Assembly: GCF_000150275.1 (NCBI RefSeq)
Contig: NW_002060944.1
Coordinates: 1,412,911-1,476,910, forward strand
Direction of reading: 5' to 3'
DNA: 64,000 nt
DNA from: Trichoplax adhaerens
Taxonomy: Eukaryota; Animalia; Placozoa
Position 1 is the first letter of the stretch. Every line of letters begins with the position of its first letter. A model generated the notes under the pieces. That model had not been told where the DNA came from, made no database searches, and saw only the letters and a list, made by a program, of their open reading frames with translations. Positions 35,863 through 49,400 of this stretch are shown piece after piece. Both the position numbers and the translations under genes were made by a program.

Positions 35863-38800
35863 TCAGTAACAATCTAGCAAGGTATCCTGATTGGCAATGA
35901 ATAATAAATCATTCATTAGGCGCTTTACATTAAAGTGACTTTGTCTGGCGTCATCGCACGCTTGGATTAAGTTGTGGTAGTTGGTGCTCATTATTTTTTC
36001 AAAAAATTCATTGCACGTTAAGTGATTATCTGGCTCTGTCTTGATACGATCGTCGAATTCTCTATAATATGGAAGATAGTAATTACAATGAATAAAACCA
36101 TAAGATATAAAATTTTATAAAGTAACCAGGAATAAACCTTAATTGCTCAGTAATTGCAGCTTTAGAATCTGCCAATAGGTCAAGATTCAATTTAGTTTGC
36201 AGAGATAATAGTATAGCACAACTCTCCTGCCGGATGACAACATCGCAGTCCTCTATTGCATCCTGAAGTGCAATAGCACACCCGCTAAGTACCAGTGATA
36301 ATATAATCTTACTATTATGACTAGTTATAGTGTAATGTTTCGCTGTAGCCTCAGTACAACTTTCTTGCCAGTGTCGCTCAATAAATGCTTTCCAAAACAA
36401 AAGTCCGCGTCTTTTAACTTCCCAGTCTAAATCATGGCAGCTTTGACGTAGAGTACTAGTAATATTACCTGTTGCACAATTACAACCAAGAAATAAATAC
36501 TGCGAGATGTCAAACCGCTTTATATTCGATACAGTTGAATTACATAACAAAAGAATTCATAATAATGTTAATGTACATACTTTCATTTCTTAATACGTTT
36601 ATAATATCTTGAGCTGTCTCACTTGCACAATTGCCTACATCTTTTAATATAAATCCATACTTGAAGCATTGAATCACAAGATCGATTGCACTGCGTCTTG
36701 CTAAAGCTTCCGTATCATTTAATATAATTTGAAAAACTGCATCAGAAATCTATAAAAGATTAAGATTAGAGTCACAAGATGCTAAGGAGATATCGTTTGC
36801 AAGGCATGTTATCCATAAGGATATGATACCTTATTTTCTTTGAACACTGGATCTAGATCATCAGGTTTAGAGATAGCACTGCATAGCTGGCACATAGAAT
36901 TTAACGCCGATGCTTTAACGAATCCTTCATCATCATTTGAGAGTTTCCAAATTTTTTCAACCAGATCACCATTGATTACTTGCTGGTATATTTCTTTGTT
37001 TCCTTAAAATATAAATTTACAACTATTGATCATGAGAGTCAGCTATTTTTCACTATTCAAAATTTATTAACCTTTTGCCTTTATAAATACACTCATTGCT
37101 AAGGCTATCCCAGAATCTCTTACTTCCCACCTTGCGTCGTCCAAGGCACAAGATATACAATGCAGTAAGTTGCATCCTTCGTTACTATTAAAAATGGCTT
37201 CAGTAGAGGAAAAGGTAATAGTTAACACACCTACTATGCATATCATTGATTTATTCATGATAACTCAATTGTAAATCTATAGAATACATATATTATTGTG
37301 CTACATTAAAAGGTTACCCTGATTGCTGCTAATTCTATATGTATCTAACAGTAAGATAATTTCATCATCGTTTAACTCTAACAAGATTTCCGATAACAGA
37401 TTCAAGCTTTTAATTAAGATCTAGAAGGGATACGAAAAATTAAATTAAATAAAAATAATCAATAGCAATTACAAAAGGTACTTTACGCACCGCCTCCTCT
37501 AGATCAATTTGGTTGATAGCGGCTAATATAACATAGACAGGGTCAATTGCTTCACCTAATTAAAATAATATACAGTATTACATCATCTCCATTAAGCAAG
37601 AAGTTCACATTATAATCGAAAATATGCAATCAAAAATAACATATTCTAGAGAGCTAACATCAGAAATTTTTAAGAAGTTGTGCACTATACCTAACAAGGG
37701 GCAAAATGGTAGTTGCGATTGTCGGATGATTTTAATTTGTTTAATAGAATGAGATACAAAATCTAATGCAGCCCTCGCAATTTTTATACTGCCAGTAATA
37801 TTATCATTAACTTTACTAATTGTTTCTTTAGTTAACAACGACGGACAACTACACAAGGCGAACAGTACGACGACAGAATTAATCCATGTTGCCGAAACTA
37901 GATCTTGGTAACCCTAACAGAAAACAAAAATTTAAATGTCTTTTTCTTACAAGAGGTTTGCAAAAATATTCGTTCAACCTTAACGATATAAATACATTTC
38001 ATAGGTTTATACTTCAAAGGTACTTCATTTACCATATTAAATAAATAAATAATGGACTCTATGGAATGACAAACTATTGCAGCCTGCGACTGTGCTTTTC
38101 CTAAAGAAACGGTTGTTAGGATGGAATCCAAATGTTTTTGGAGTGCCGATAATTGCTACGCACAAAATAGAAAAAAAACAATTAAAAGGTAATTCACTAC
38201 AGTCATTGCAGAATAATATCTAATTCGTTTCCTGTAATTAAATATTATAAAGGGATAAATGGCTAACATTTGATTATTCGCAATACATACATCTGCCAAT
38301 ATAGGCGCTTTTAAAATATCCAAAGAAATGTCAATAGATCTTTCTAAGCTAACATCTTGTTCATCCCTAGTGAACATCCCATACATAACCAAATGTAGAG
38401 GACGGTAGAGGATCTCAGATAGAAGCTTTGGATTGCATATTGATAATTCCCTACGCGGTAGGAGGCATCAAGGTTACACAAACTAATAAATGAACATGGA
38501 AGCATTCGATATTCGAATTGGTTACCTAGGAACTGCATTGTTGTAGAACGATAACGACGCACACAACTGCATTCCAGTTGTAATAAAACCTCTACGGTAC
38601 AGTGCTAATGGCATCGACAACCATGTAGTGGCAAGAAGATTGTTCGAATGATTGTCATGTTTGTGGTTTAATTTGCTACGATCTGAATTGACAAACGCAT
38701 TCCAATTTAAATCCCATGATCTGAAATAAGGCAGATTACAAGCAGAATTAATATGTATGATCATCATTTACAGTCAAAAGTATAAGCACTACTATGAATA

Positions 38801-40587
38801 AATAGTTTGATATCTAACAATAAGGATATACAATAAGTGCATGTATACAAATAGAATATAATCATTACGTAATAAATTTGCTGCAAATATTCTTGAATAT
38901 TGATGTTACTTGATTGCACGCTACAAAATCTCCGGTATGTAGAATATGGTGAATACAGCATCCAAGTGTAGGAAAACTGTTCAAAATTAGATGTAAACCT
39001 TGTTCATCAGCTAATGCAAGATAATCCACTATGATTGCTATTGCTGACAACTGACTATCAATACTAGCCAAAGATAGCTTAGACTGGGTAAGCAAGTTGC
39101 TGATTTCATTGATTACGTCATTATAATATTGCAAATCCATAGGTTCTTGATCACAGCTGTGCTCTTGAAAATGATGTCTACCGTGCCACAATAGATATTG
39201 GACAACAAAGTTAATCGCACTCTTCATAACAAATATACTATCATCACCAAGCGCAGACAAGCCAACCGTTACCATATCTATGAGACAAACCAAAAGTATT
39301 CAAGTAACATGTATAAATCTAGCGAGTAGAAATGTTGGCAAGATCTACCGTATACATGATACCCATAGCAGCCATAATTGCGTATCTACAGATTTCGAGG
39401 CAGACATTACATAAACAAAGTCTCGTACAGTACAATAGGCAACACTTTGTCATCGTGAAGGATTGCATCCTGCCACTGACAGATTTGATTACCAAAGTTT
39501 AATTGATTAATTCTCAAGTTATTGAAAGGTCAGAGCAAAGATAATTTCGATGTAAATCAGATATGAAAAGTCTTTCGGTGTAGTAAATTCGCATTAAATT
39601 TTACTTGATAAAAAATTATCAGTATCAAGCGCGTTGAATTGTAGTTGTATGTGTAAACTGATAGACTTACAGATGCTAACATAGCAATCAATGTTGAATT
39701 ATTTATTAAAATTTGAATACAGGAAATAGCTGTGAATGCAAACGTAGCAGTATAATAAAGTATTTGCGAACAGGTAGATTCTATTTTATATGGTAATCAA
39801 TTTATGATAGCGTCATCAATTTGCACCCTTCAAAGTAGTTGAATTATATATAGCCTTACTAATCTACTAAATTTTAGACAGGATTGAATTTATAACTATA
39901 ATTCAAAATTCATTATGTGATAACTATTGTAGGGTCGTTGGTGCCGTTTTATAGTACTGTATAGTGCAGCTCTTGATATTCTACAATGCTTTTAAAGCAC
40001 ATAAATTAATTCCATCAGACTATCAATCGGTTTAAACAACTTATCCTAGCAATTTCATGACATGATGTTATTATTATAATCAGCTATTTTCCATAAGCTA
40101 TTATTTCATGCATTCATTGCATCGATGAAATTGCATTTATTATCAACATACCTTTAGCAACAATCCAGTTAAAACTTCGACGACAAGGTATTAAATTATT
40201 GGCTGCTTTAAAATATGCATCCCGAACGGTAGCTGACTTCCAACTAGATTGTGAAGGCATGGAAGCCAACAAATCGAGTAGATTATATTGCCTTAGATTT
40301 TGCATACGTTGGAAATAGAAAGGCCATGCAGCTAACATGCCTATCAGTCTTATAGCGAAAGCTGTAATAACTGCCTTATCTTGGTCTAGGCTATCATAAA
40401 TAAATTGCAAGATCCAATCTTGGCCCAGTCTTTCAACCTGTATTTCACAGCGACATACAGTAGATAACCATGATAACAATTTTTCAACTGATGTATCATC
40501 AATAAAACGGCTAGGATCGCGCATAAAGGAATTTAGTACAGCCTTTAGCAGGTTGATATGCTCATCATCCAATTGCATTAACTCCAT
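35863..40587 (-). CDS. BRAT1: BRCA1-associated ATM activator 1 (ARM/HEAT protein)
   Basis: N-terminus ...RDPSRFIDDTSVEKLLSWL...FAIRLIG..SWKSATVR matches BRAT1 (DDTCLEKLLDW, W..PTVRS). Also LGDDSIFV, DDARWEVRDS and DLDWEVKRRGL, and the characteristic C-terminal LLDCY* ending at 35863. Confidence 0.88.
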
Positions 40588-40809
40588 TGCAATGTCGCAT
40601 TTATGTACATCAATCACCCATCAATTTTGTGCTTGACCTTATAATCAATCGCGCAATTTTAAATTAAAAATTGAAGCTTAATAAGAAATCAACCTAAAGT
40701 TACTATTGCATTAGGATATATACATTAATTATTATTACTTATCTTTACCTGTATGGGCGAAACCTTTAGCTTGGAGCTTGCGTTTGCTGGGCAAAACTTC
40801 AATTAATTC

Positions 40810-40960
40810 TAGTACAGTACTTGCAAGGTAGCTGTCTACAGTCCACACACCGTGCCTAGACTGTAGAATCTAGTGTACTGTACAGTACAGTACTGTATTG
40901 TACTGTACACTGTACTGTACTTTGCTTGCTCTCAATACTGTACTGTATACTGTAGTATTG
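40810..40960. repeat. Dense CAGTA/CTGTA pentamer cluster upstream of BRAT1 and tRNA-Gly
   Basis: gtgtactgtacagtacagtactgtattgtactgtacactgtactgtac...atactgtactgtatactgtagta: mixed-orientation pentamers, each anchored on TA. Confidence 0.85.
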
Positions 40961-41235
40961 CACTACCAACTGACAAGTTTGTTTACTCACAGTAAATAGA
41001 ATAGGAAGAGTAATTGCAACAACTAATCATTTCAAAATTTCTGTAAGGGTAGGCCGAAAGTGATCTTATTTACCTCAACTAGATTATGTTTCAATCGCCA
41101 TCAGGAATAAAATACTATAGCAACTCCTCTACCATAATTATACTACTTGAATCGTCTTTCAAAGACATGCAAACTTCATCAAAAGACTCAGCTCCTTTGT
41201 TTATATACAAAAGGTTATATCTATCTCTCAAGGAA

Positions 41236-41306
41236 GCATCGGTGGTTCAGTGGTAGAATTCTCGCCTGCCACGCGGGAGGCCCGGGTTCGATTCCCGGCC
41301 GATGCA
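41236..41306 (+). tRNA. tRNA-Gly (anticodon GCC)
   Basis: GCATCGGTGGTTCAGTGGTAGAATTCTCGCCTGCCACGCGGGAGGCCCGGGTTCGATTCCCGGCCGATGCA, 71 nt; canonical cloverleaf with A and B boxes. Confidence 0.98.
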
Positions 41307-41312
41307 ACTTAC

Positions 41313-41323
41313 TTTTTTTTTTT
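41313..41323 (+). terminator. RNA polymerase III oligo-T terminator of tRNA-Gly
   Basis: T11 run 7 nt downstream of the tRNA 3' end. Confidence 0.85.
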
Positions 41324-41887
41324 CTTGCTTCTTTTTGGACTGCAGCCACATCGAATGAAATTAATAATTAATGAATTCATTCGATTAATTTTGCAAGAAT
41401 TTGAGGTTATTCGTTAATAAATGCAGCCACTACACGATACAATACTGTATTGCACCTACACTAACTGCATGTAATACATGTCATCTAGATTCTTTAGTAC
41501 AAAAACTACGGATGCAGCAACAGGAACCTTTCTTCACTATTCCCTGACAGCAACCACGTTTTGAAGTGCAGCAAATAGTAAAATGATTTTGTAAAATAAG
41601 ATATATATGTCACGGACAATGTATATACAGTATAACACCTGTAACTTTAAGCGGCTCGTAGCAATATAAAAATGAGGGCCAACTCGCAGTCTTACAGTAT
41701 ACAGTACTTGCTTTTTACTATCGATAGGCATAATCATGGACTACTAAATTTACGGTGATTTTATTAGGTCACAGCGTAATCTATGATTTACGCACAGCAT
41801 TAGCCTCCATATTGACTGTGGATAGCAAAAATCGCGTTTTTCAGAGATAAGAGAGGCTGTACTTTACGCTCCTATGATATACAAATT

Positions 41888-42165
41888 CCCAAATGTATCA
41901 ATAGAAGCATCAAAATTTGCCGTAGCAATAAACTGCAATGAGATACTTTCATGATCAAATTTTATTTTACTTTGGCCAAATGAGTCAGTAGAAACATCGA
42001 AATTTCCAGAAGCGATAAACTGCAATGTTTCCAATGAGATGCTTTCATGATCAAATTTTATTTTACTTTGGCCAAATGAGTCAATAGAAGCATCGAAATT
42101 TCCCGTAGCGATAAACTGCAATGTTTCCAGTGCGATGCTTTCATGATCAAATTTTATTTTACTTT
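41888..42165 (-). repeat. Tandem repeat, ~3 units of 96/87 bp, frame-preserving on the minus strand
   Basis: Unit translates as SKIKFDHESI(S/A)LETLQFIA(T/S)GNFDAS(I/T)DSFGQ. One unit has a 9-bp in-frame deletion. Confidence 0.88.
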
Positions 42166-42684
42166 ATTAGCCTGACACTGAGCTAACGAATTCACCTTGA
42201 ATGCATACTCACAAAAATCATCGGTTTACGATAACACACTTTAGTTAATATCAGTTAGTTTACTTTGCATTTGTTAAAACTAGTTCACACGAACTACTGT
42301 ACAAATTGAGTTTTGAATAGCGTTATCCAGTGAGTATTAAATTATTACTACTATGTAGTTACTGTACATTATGAAATGATTTAAATTATGTTGCTCTTAC
42401 TGTCGCTAAGAATTTAATCGCACAGTAAGTCACAGATGAAGCCAGAATCAAAGCACTCCGCAACTAATGCATATCCAATTTTATAGATAGATAAGCGTAT
42501 ATAGCCCCAAAAATTAATTTAGTGTCATTTTATGCATTGCATTCAAAGTTTTCAGTTGAATGTGCAATCAAATACAGTCTATTTTGCTACATTCATAGAA
42601 TAGCAGTCAATAAACTGTACAGTACATCTATTATGTAGTTAGTATACTTTGCATTAGACTACAACAAAAAACGAATTGTATACC

Positions 42685-44988
42685 TCAATCTACTTTACTC
42701 ATTTTTTCACGAACACCCTTTGATGATGGCTTAATTAAACTTAGCGTTATCATTATTATTGAAAAAATGTGACCCCAATAATATAAAGAACCACTCACGG
42801 TTACTGTATTATCTATATCAAGAAAAATAAATCCTAAGCTGCTATATTCATACAATCTAATAGCGACAAAATTGGCTACAAAATGAAAGGCTTTGGAGCT
42901 GAAGGAACCACGAAAGTATGGCGAAAAAAAGGATAAAAAGCGATCTTGCCCAAGAGTACATAATAGAGTTGTCATAAAACTAAAGTAATAACCAGCACGA
43001 ATTCCATGCCAAAACGCACTAACGATAAAGAGTAAAACCAACCTGCAATTGATATTAATAAGAACGTCAGTGTACAGTATATTTAAAAAAGCATGAAAAT
43101 AATCTTTCATGTTTGTACTAATGTTTTGCAAAGCAAATATAGTTTTTATCTATTGTAGTATACCGTATTCTCACTATATTCTTGCTATCTTTGAATTAAC
43201 TAATACAACCCATAGCGAAATAGATTTTTAAAACATACCTGATAATATCGGGTAAACCTCGCAACCAATAACGGTAAATAAATGCAGATAACCACCACTG
43301 AACTGTCATATTCCAATAACGCATGGCTGGTCTTAATGTTGTTCCGGTTTCAATTTGGTAAATATCAAGATTGTAGACTGTTTCAAAATTATATTGATCA
43401 TTCTTACTGGTATTATCATCCAATGCAATCGTTGGACCAGCACCAGGACGAGGTTTAGTAGCCTCAGGGTAAGCTCCTAATGTTGCTATGACACAAGCAC
43501 TTTCAGCTAGTGCCCAACCGATATAAAATCGAAATCGAAATGCAATAAAATGAACTAACACATAAAATAATTTATCAAAGATAGTGCTATTATAAAATTC
43601 TTCCGATATGATATAAGCTGATCGATAGTTGCCAAGAGATAGTGAGATACCCACCAAGATAGGTACCCAACGCAATCTCTTCATTGCTGGCCACAGTACC
43701 TCAATCTGTCCTGCGTTTGGATTATCGATCATATCTTTGTAAACACGATATTGGAAATAAGGACCAGACAATAATCCACAATAGCAATATCCATATGATA
43801 AAAAATCGAACAATGAAGGTAAGGATTTGATGGGTAATCCAGGCAACTTGTTTACAACCACTGATTCAGTTTTCCTCAAGTGCCAAAAGTGCACATCAAA
43901 CGCTATACTAGCCATCTACAGCAAAATATATTGTAGTTATTGGCAATTTAAAAACACATTCTTTAGAATTGCAAATTAAATTTTTAGAATTTTATAACAC
44001 TAGTTCAGTATAATTAGAATGCCACGCTAACATAGTACCAACGTATCGTTACAAATTTAAAATCACATCCATTTTACGCTTATGTCGGCATTTACTATTA
44101 GCAATTTTTTAACTGTGACGTAGCGGCATTATTGCAGAGGATAACACGGCTGACGATATATTTATTGGTATATACAGTACTGTAAAACGAGAACTGTTAT
44201 ACATTTTTGAAATTGAAGTACGGTACCAGTCTATACACACTACTTTAGTTAGTTATCTGAAGATAAATAAATCAAGGAAGATTACCAACCGGAATAACGA
44301 ATGAACGATATGCTCAATGTTGCTAGTATTGTACGGTATGATAACACTTGGCCAAGGACCTTTGAGCAGTCCCTGTCTCGGCTAATGCTATTGCCTTTTG
44401 GCACAAGCTGATTTGCCAACCGTACCTTAATTGTCAGTATTAGCTGTATGGCGTTAGAATGGTTGCATGGTTTTGGTAAGCCAAAATAATGTGCTATTCG
44501 GAAGAATAGTAAATACAAAAACGAATACAAAAATCCTAGCGTATGGCAGTACCTAGAATGATATTGAAAAGAATCAATTTTAAGTGATATTATAAAGCGT
44601 ACACTTATTGGTACGATGAAATCATTTCCAACAGTTCAAAAAATTGTTTGAATTAACAGCGACTAAGCGTATCTGATCCAAGTGGGTCATATCCCAAATT
44701 AAATTGTACTTCATAATTTCTAATTACTGTCGAAAATGTAGCATTAGTCATCTTTTAGCAAGACTTGTCGACTCACCGATAGGGTGCAAAACGACAGATG
44801 ATGTAAGTGCCTAGTATAGTGACAAATGAATGAACAACATCGAATCCTATCGTAGCTATTGCTATGGATAAACCGATGGCAAAAGTCAACCACTGCCGAT
44901 GGACAGCACTCTGCACATTTTTAATCAAAAAGCCAATAGGTATAGACACCAGAAGTAATGAAACATAGATAATATCGTCTGGAGACAT
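42685..44988 (-). CDS. MBOAT7: Lysophosphatidylinositol acyltransferase (MBOAT7/LPIAT1), 4 exons
   Basis: MSPDDIIYVSLLLVSIPIGFL (MBOAT7 MSPEEWTYLVVLLISIPIGFL), YLLFFR..GLP..NAIQLILTIK, SYGYCYCGLLSGPYFQYR, GAYP..KPRPGAGPT, MRYWNMTVQWWL and the catalytic SAFWHG. Confidence 0.95.
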
Positions 44989-46437
44989 GACCAATATCGT
45001 TTGATCGCCACACCGCTAATCAGGAGTTAATAATATGATGAACACTAGTAAAGTACAAAACGTGTCAAAACGCCAGATCACCGAATTTCGCTACAGCATA
45101 GAAGCAACATTAAGTCAAAATGAGTCTTCTCCGTAGTAGAGTACTATGCTACTGTTCATAAAACTGATGCAAATTGATCATATACATCTTGTGAATAAGT
45201 AAGTTCAAAATTTTGATGTTGTACAGCTTTAGAAAACAGAAATTCTCGATGCACTTGCAGGTCAAAACGAAAATCGATATGGTAGCAGACGCTTAATGGG
45301 TCGGATGGAGGCGATCGCTAGTTTGAAGAACAGACTCGCAGTATACTGTATAGTAATATATAACAACATTAGTAATGCGATGATGACGTTTCAAATGCTC
45401 AGTCATTCAGAGACATGGCATTTACTGTTATGCATGCTAAGCTACGTATGAGACAGTGTATATCACACAGTATAGACCCTAAAACGATGTTTTAATTCAG
45501 AGTCTGCACGGTACTGTTCATCTTCTACCGCATCATAACGATTTGCAGTACCACTGCTCTCATTGATTCTCGTAGGTATAAATGTGTTCCATGAAAACAG
45601 ATTTCTCAATCCATGCAAAATACGTCAATGTATCTGCCAATTTCAACTATGTACACTACGATTCTAATTGTAATTTACTACTAGAACGTTAAAATAGTCT
45701 ATACAGATACGCATAGTCATAACGAAACGACCTGGCGATACTGCACCTTTAGGCCTTTGCATCCAAATAAACCTTGCTACGATAAAGTAAATCTATATTC
45801 GTTTAAACAGACGCTTGCTATATTTGGTCAATTTCAATATCTTCAGAGCGCCATTGCTCTACGTATAGTTAACTATACATCTTGTCGCAGATGTAAAAGC
45901 TTTAATATCTTTCCATGTTAGAACTATACGAAGATGCAAAAATTGAGCCAGAAGACTGAGCTATAATGGTAATCAATACAGTTTCGGCCAATGGTTATAA
46001 AAATATTCTTATAGGCAGTCAACATGTTATAATAAGGTTTCAGGAATCAAATAATGATTAATATCTTGCATAATGTGAAAAAAAAACATTCAAATTATGA
46101 TGAAAAATATTGAGACAATATATAACAAACTATCTTGACAAAATAAGCATATATATTAATGAACATCATTAATTACGATCCAGGACTGATTAAATAAAAT
46201 AGTATGATTGAATAATTAAACGTTAATTCTAAAATCAGTTATATTATTATTTTCAGCATATGAATAAATAAATTCTTTTCAAATTTATACTGTCAGTACG
46301 AAAAATTGAGTCCTTAATACACGATCACACCATGCCCCTAAATAAGGCCCTTATAATAAAAAATGATACATTTTTTCTCTGCAAGCTTACGCGTACATGT
46401 CAAATCACATAAACAATAATAAACCCTTAAGTTATAA

Positions 46438-49400
46438 TCATGCAATTGCATTTTCATTCCTTGATAAACACTTAAGTGATTCAGTCTTGCCATATGTTGC
46501 TAAATTTGGTTCTGAAGATGGTTCCATTAATGATGCAAGGTCATGATTGGAAGTCCCACCTAATGAATGCGATCTAGGTTCAACAGTAAAGTCACATTCT
46601 GAATCGAAACTATCACTAGATTCAATCGTATTAAGCATTTCACCACCCTGACGAAATAAATCTATACCCATAGGTTGAATAGGTCGTTGATTCAACTTTT
46701 TGGGATTATCCACACTTAAGCACGGCTTGAAACTCTGCTGTGATTTAACCTTTCGTAGTATTTTGCCTTGAGAAGTGTCTGTAGACTTTAAATCATTAAC
46801 GGAAGATCGTAAATTCATCCCCACAGAGTTCTCAATTCCATTGCTGATAAATCCATCAGCTTCAGGGACACAACATTCATTACCGCCATATTCACTTATA
46901 GGCTCACCAACTCTTGAAAATACATCATCGCCAGATTGAATTATTTCTTTATTTTGCTTCAGAAGTTTAATCATCAAGGATTGTAAAGAATCAAAACGCA
47001 CTACGAGGTCATCTAACCTAATAAGTAATAGTTAAGATAATTCTATTGTAGCAAGACGGCAGGGGTAAATATTACTTAAATTACATATTACATATACATG
47101 AATTACTTCTGCCTTTGGTCTTTCAGTTCATACTGCACATCGAGTATTCTCTCCGTTTGGTCATTGTCAATGGTTGGTACGTCAATTCCATTATTATTTA
47201 AAAAACCTCCCGGAGTATAAGGCTCAGGATCCATCTAGTTAATAAAGTACAACAACTTAATTAAATGTAGAATCTAATACATGTGTACCTAGGATTATAG
47301 AAGTTCCAATACTAGTGCAAGCACATCGTAAACGTCATATAAAACGATTAAATAAATTACGTATACTCATTGAAAATAATATTCAATATCAATGAATCTT
47401 GGTGTCTAGACACGCTTAAACTATCCTGCTGCTGTCATCAATACAATTTTATCTAATCTGCATGATAGTGCACTCACTTTCTCCCAGTAAGGACGAGGGA
47501 AACATGTCAAGTTAGGAATATAAAACTTTTTCCTTGTAACCAAAGGTAAAGCCCTTTCCAAGTCATCGAAGTATTCTGCTTGCAAAGCTAAGCGCTCAAG
47601 ATGGGCTTCTCTTTGTACTTTATTAACATCACCTACAGCCAAACCAACCTAAATAACGGATATGAAATAAACAATTATAAGCCTTGTTTAAGTTATGCAG
47701 ATGGTGAAAATAAATGTAGCCATAAAATACAATTACTTAACCATTTACCATTAGATTAATCAACATTACTGGCATGAAGAAAACAAATAACGCAATATTA
47801 ATTAACAACATCACACTGCGGGGATACGCTATCGTTCCATCTTCTATTCTCGGGAACCACACATCAGGCAAGTTGATTTCTCCAACCATCATATCAATGA
47901 CTCTTACAAAAGCCAAAGGAAGAGTATACATCTCCTTCTGCATCAAATATGAACAGGAAAAGCTACTTAAAATGCTGAATTGCCATGTAAAAAGTGCTAA
48001 TTTTAACAGAAAAATAGTGAATTGACTAACCGACGATGGATCCAAAAGTGAAAAGCTCATAGCAAAAGCCATAACCAATACCGCTACAATTAATGACACC
48101 TTCCATTGCAATTTTTCGCAAAGGGGATTAATTTTAAATTAATATGAGATACAACCATTGCATCGTTTATAGACCAAATATGGCTACTATTAATTGTATA
48201 GCCTAGTCACGAGATATTTTACATTATACTGGTATGTTAAAACAACTGAAGTATTAGATTGCTATTATTTTATCAAATGATTTCAGTGAAATTAAGTCTA
48301 TTATGCTAACGTAGAATTGTGATATCATATGCCCCTGTACTAATATGATTACGATCCCGTTTCATGTCAAAAGAACAACCAATACAATGATCATACCTTC
48401 ATTATAGTTAAAAACATTGACTTCAACATTACCACATAAATTCCAAAAATTTTCATTCTGTCAAAAAATTTCATTCAATTATGTAGTCAATCAAAATTGC
48501 TTGCAAATAAAGTGCTTGCTTACCTTTGAATATATTGCAGCAAATTAATATAGGCAACAAAAACGATTACACTATACATGGTCAGCTTAATGTTGTAGTT
48601 CGATCCCAGCAGCAAAGTCGAAACACATATTATGTACAAGAAGTTCTCAAAATAATTCGATAAATCCCTAAAATATCTCAATCTCTATATGAAGAAAATA
48701 TTAAGAGTTAAAGGTATCAAGTTTTATATTATAACATCCTAGGATCGTCCTTCAGTTCGTAATTGTAGTGCATGTACGAAAATAGAACTATCCTTACCTG
48801 CAAGTACAACAAATAGGCTTCTTTAACTAAATTTAGTAGACCAAACGTGACCACAACTGTGGTAAAGCTTATGCTAAGGTATAAATCCTAAACAGAGTCA
48901 AGAAAGAGTAACATTATGAACAACCGCTACATCAATCGTTGAAAGTATTGAACTACTAGGGACCACTCAATCCAAAAAGAATTAGATTTCGATTGAGTTG
49001 TCCCTAGTATTAGTCATAGTTCCTTGTACGTATCCATACCGTTTGTTTGAAGGCAATTTCATTTGCTCTACTGTTATTCATAATGGTAGTATTTAGATCC
49101 GTCATGTTATCATTAGGATCTATTGTTACCGTAGAAGCTATATGGTTGGAATTCGAATTTATGGAGTTATCACTTGGTCTTAATTTAAGACCGATATTTA
49201 CATCTCGATGAAAATAGTGATCGGCATAAATAGATCGATGATAAATAACACAAACGCTGAGTGATGTGATAAACAGTACATAAACAATCAAGTTGAAGAA
49301 GTATATGTGCCAACCAAATCGATTCCTATAATTTAATTTATTTGTATCATATAGCAACGATGCGTTAGCAACTAATAATAAAATAGAATAGTATGAATCA

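Noticed and set aside
41147-41371. 74-aa ORF
   Set aside because: Read-through of the tRNA-Gly gene and its terminator.
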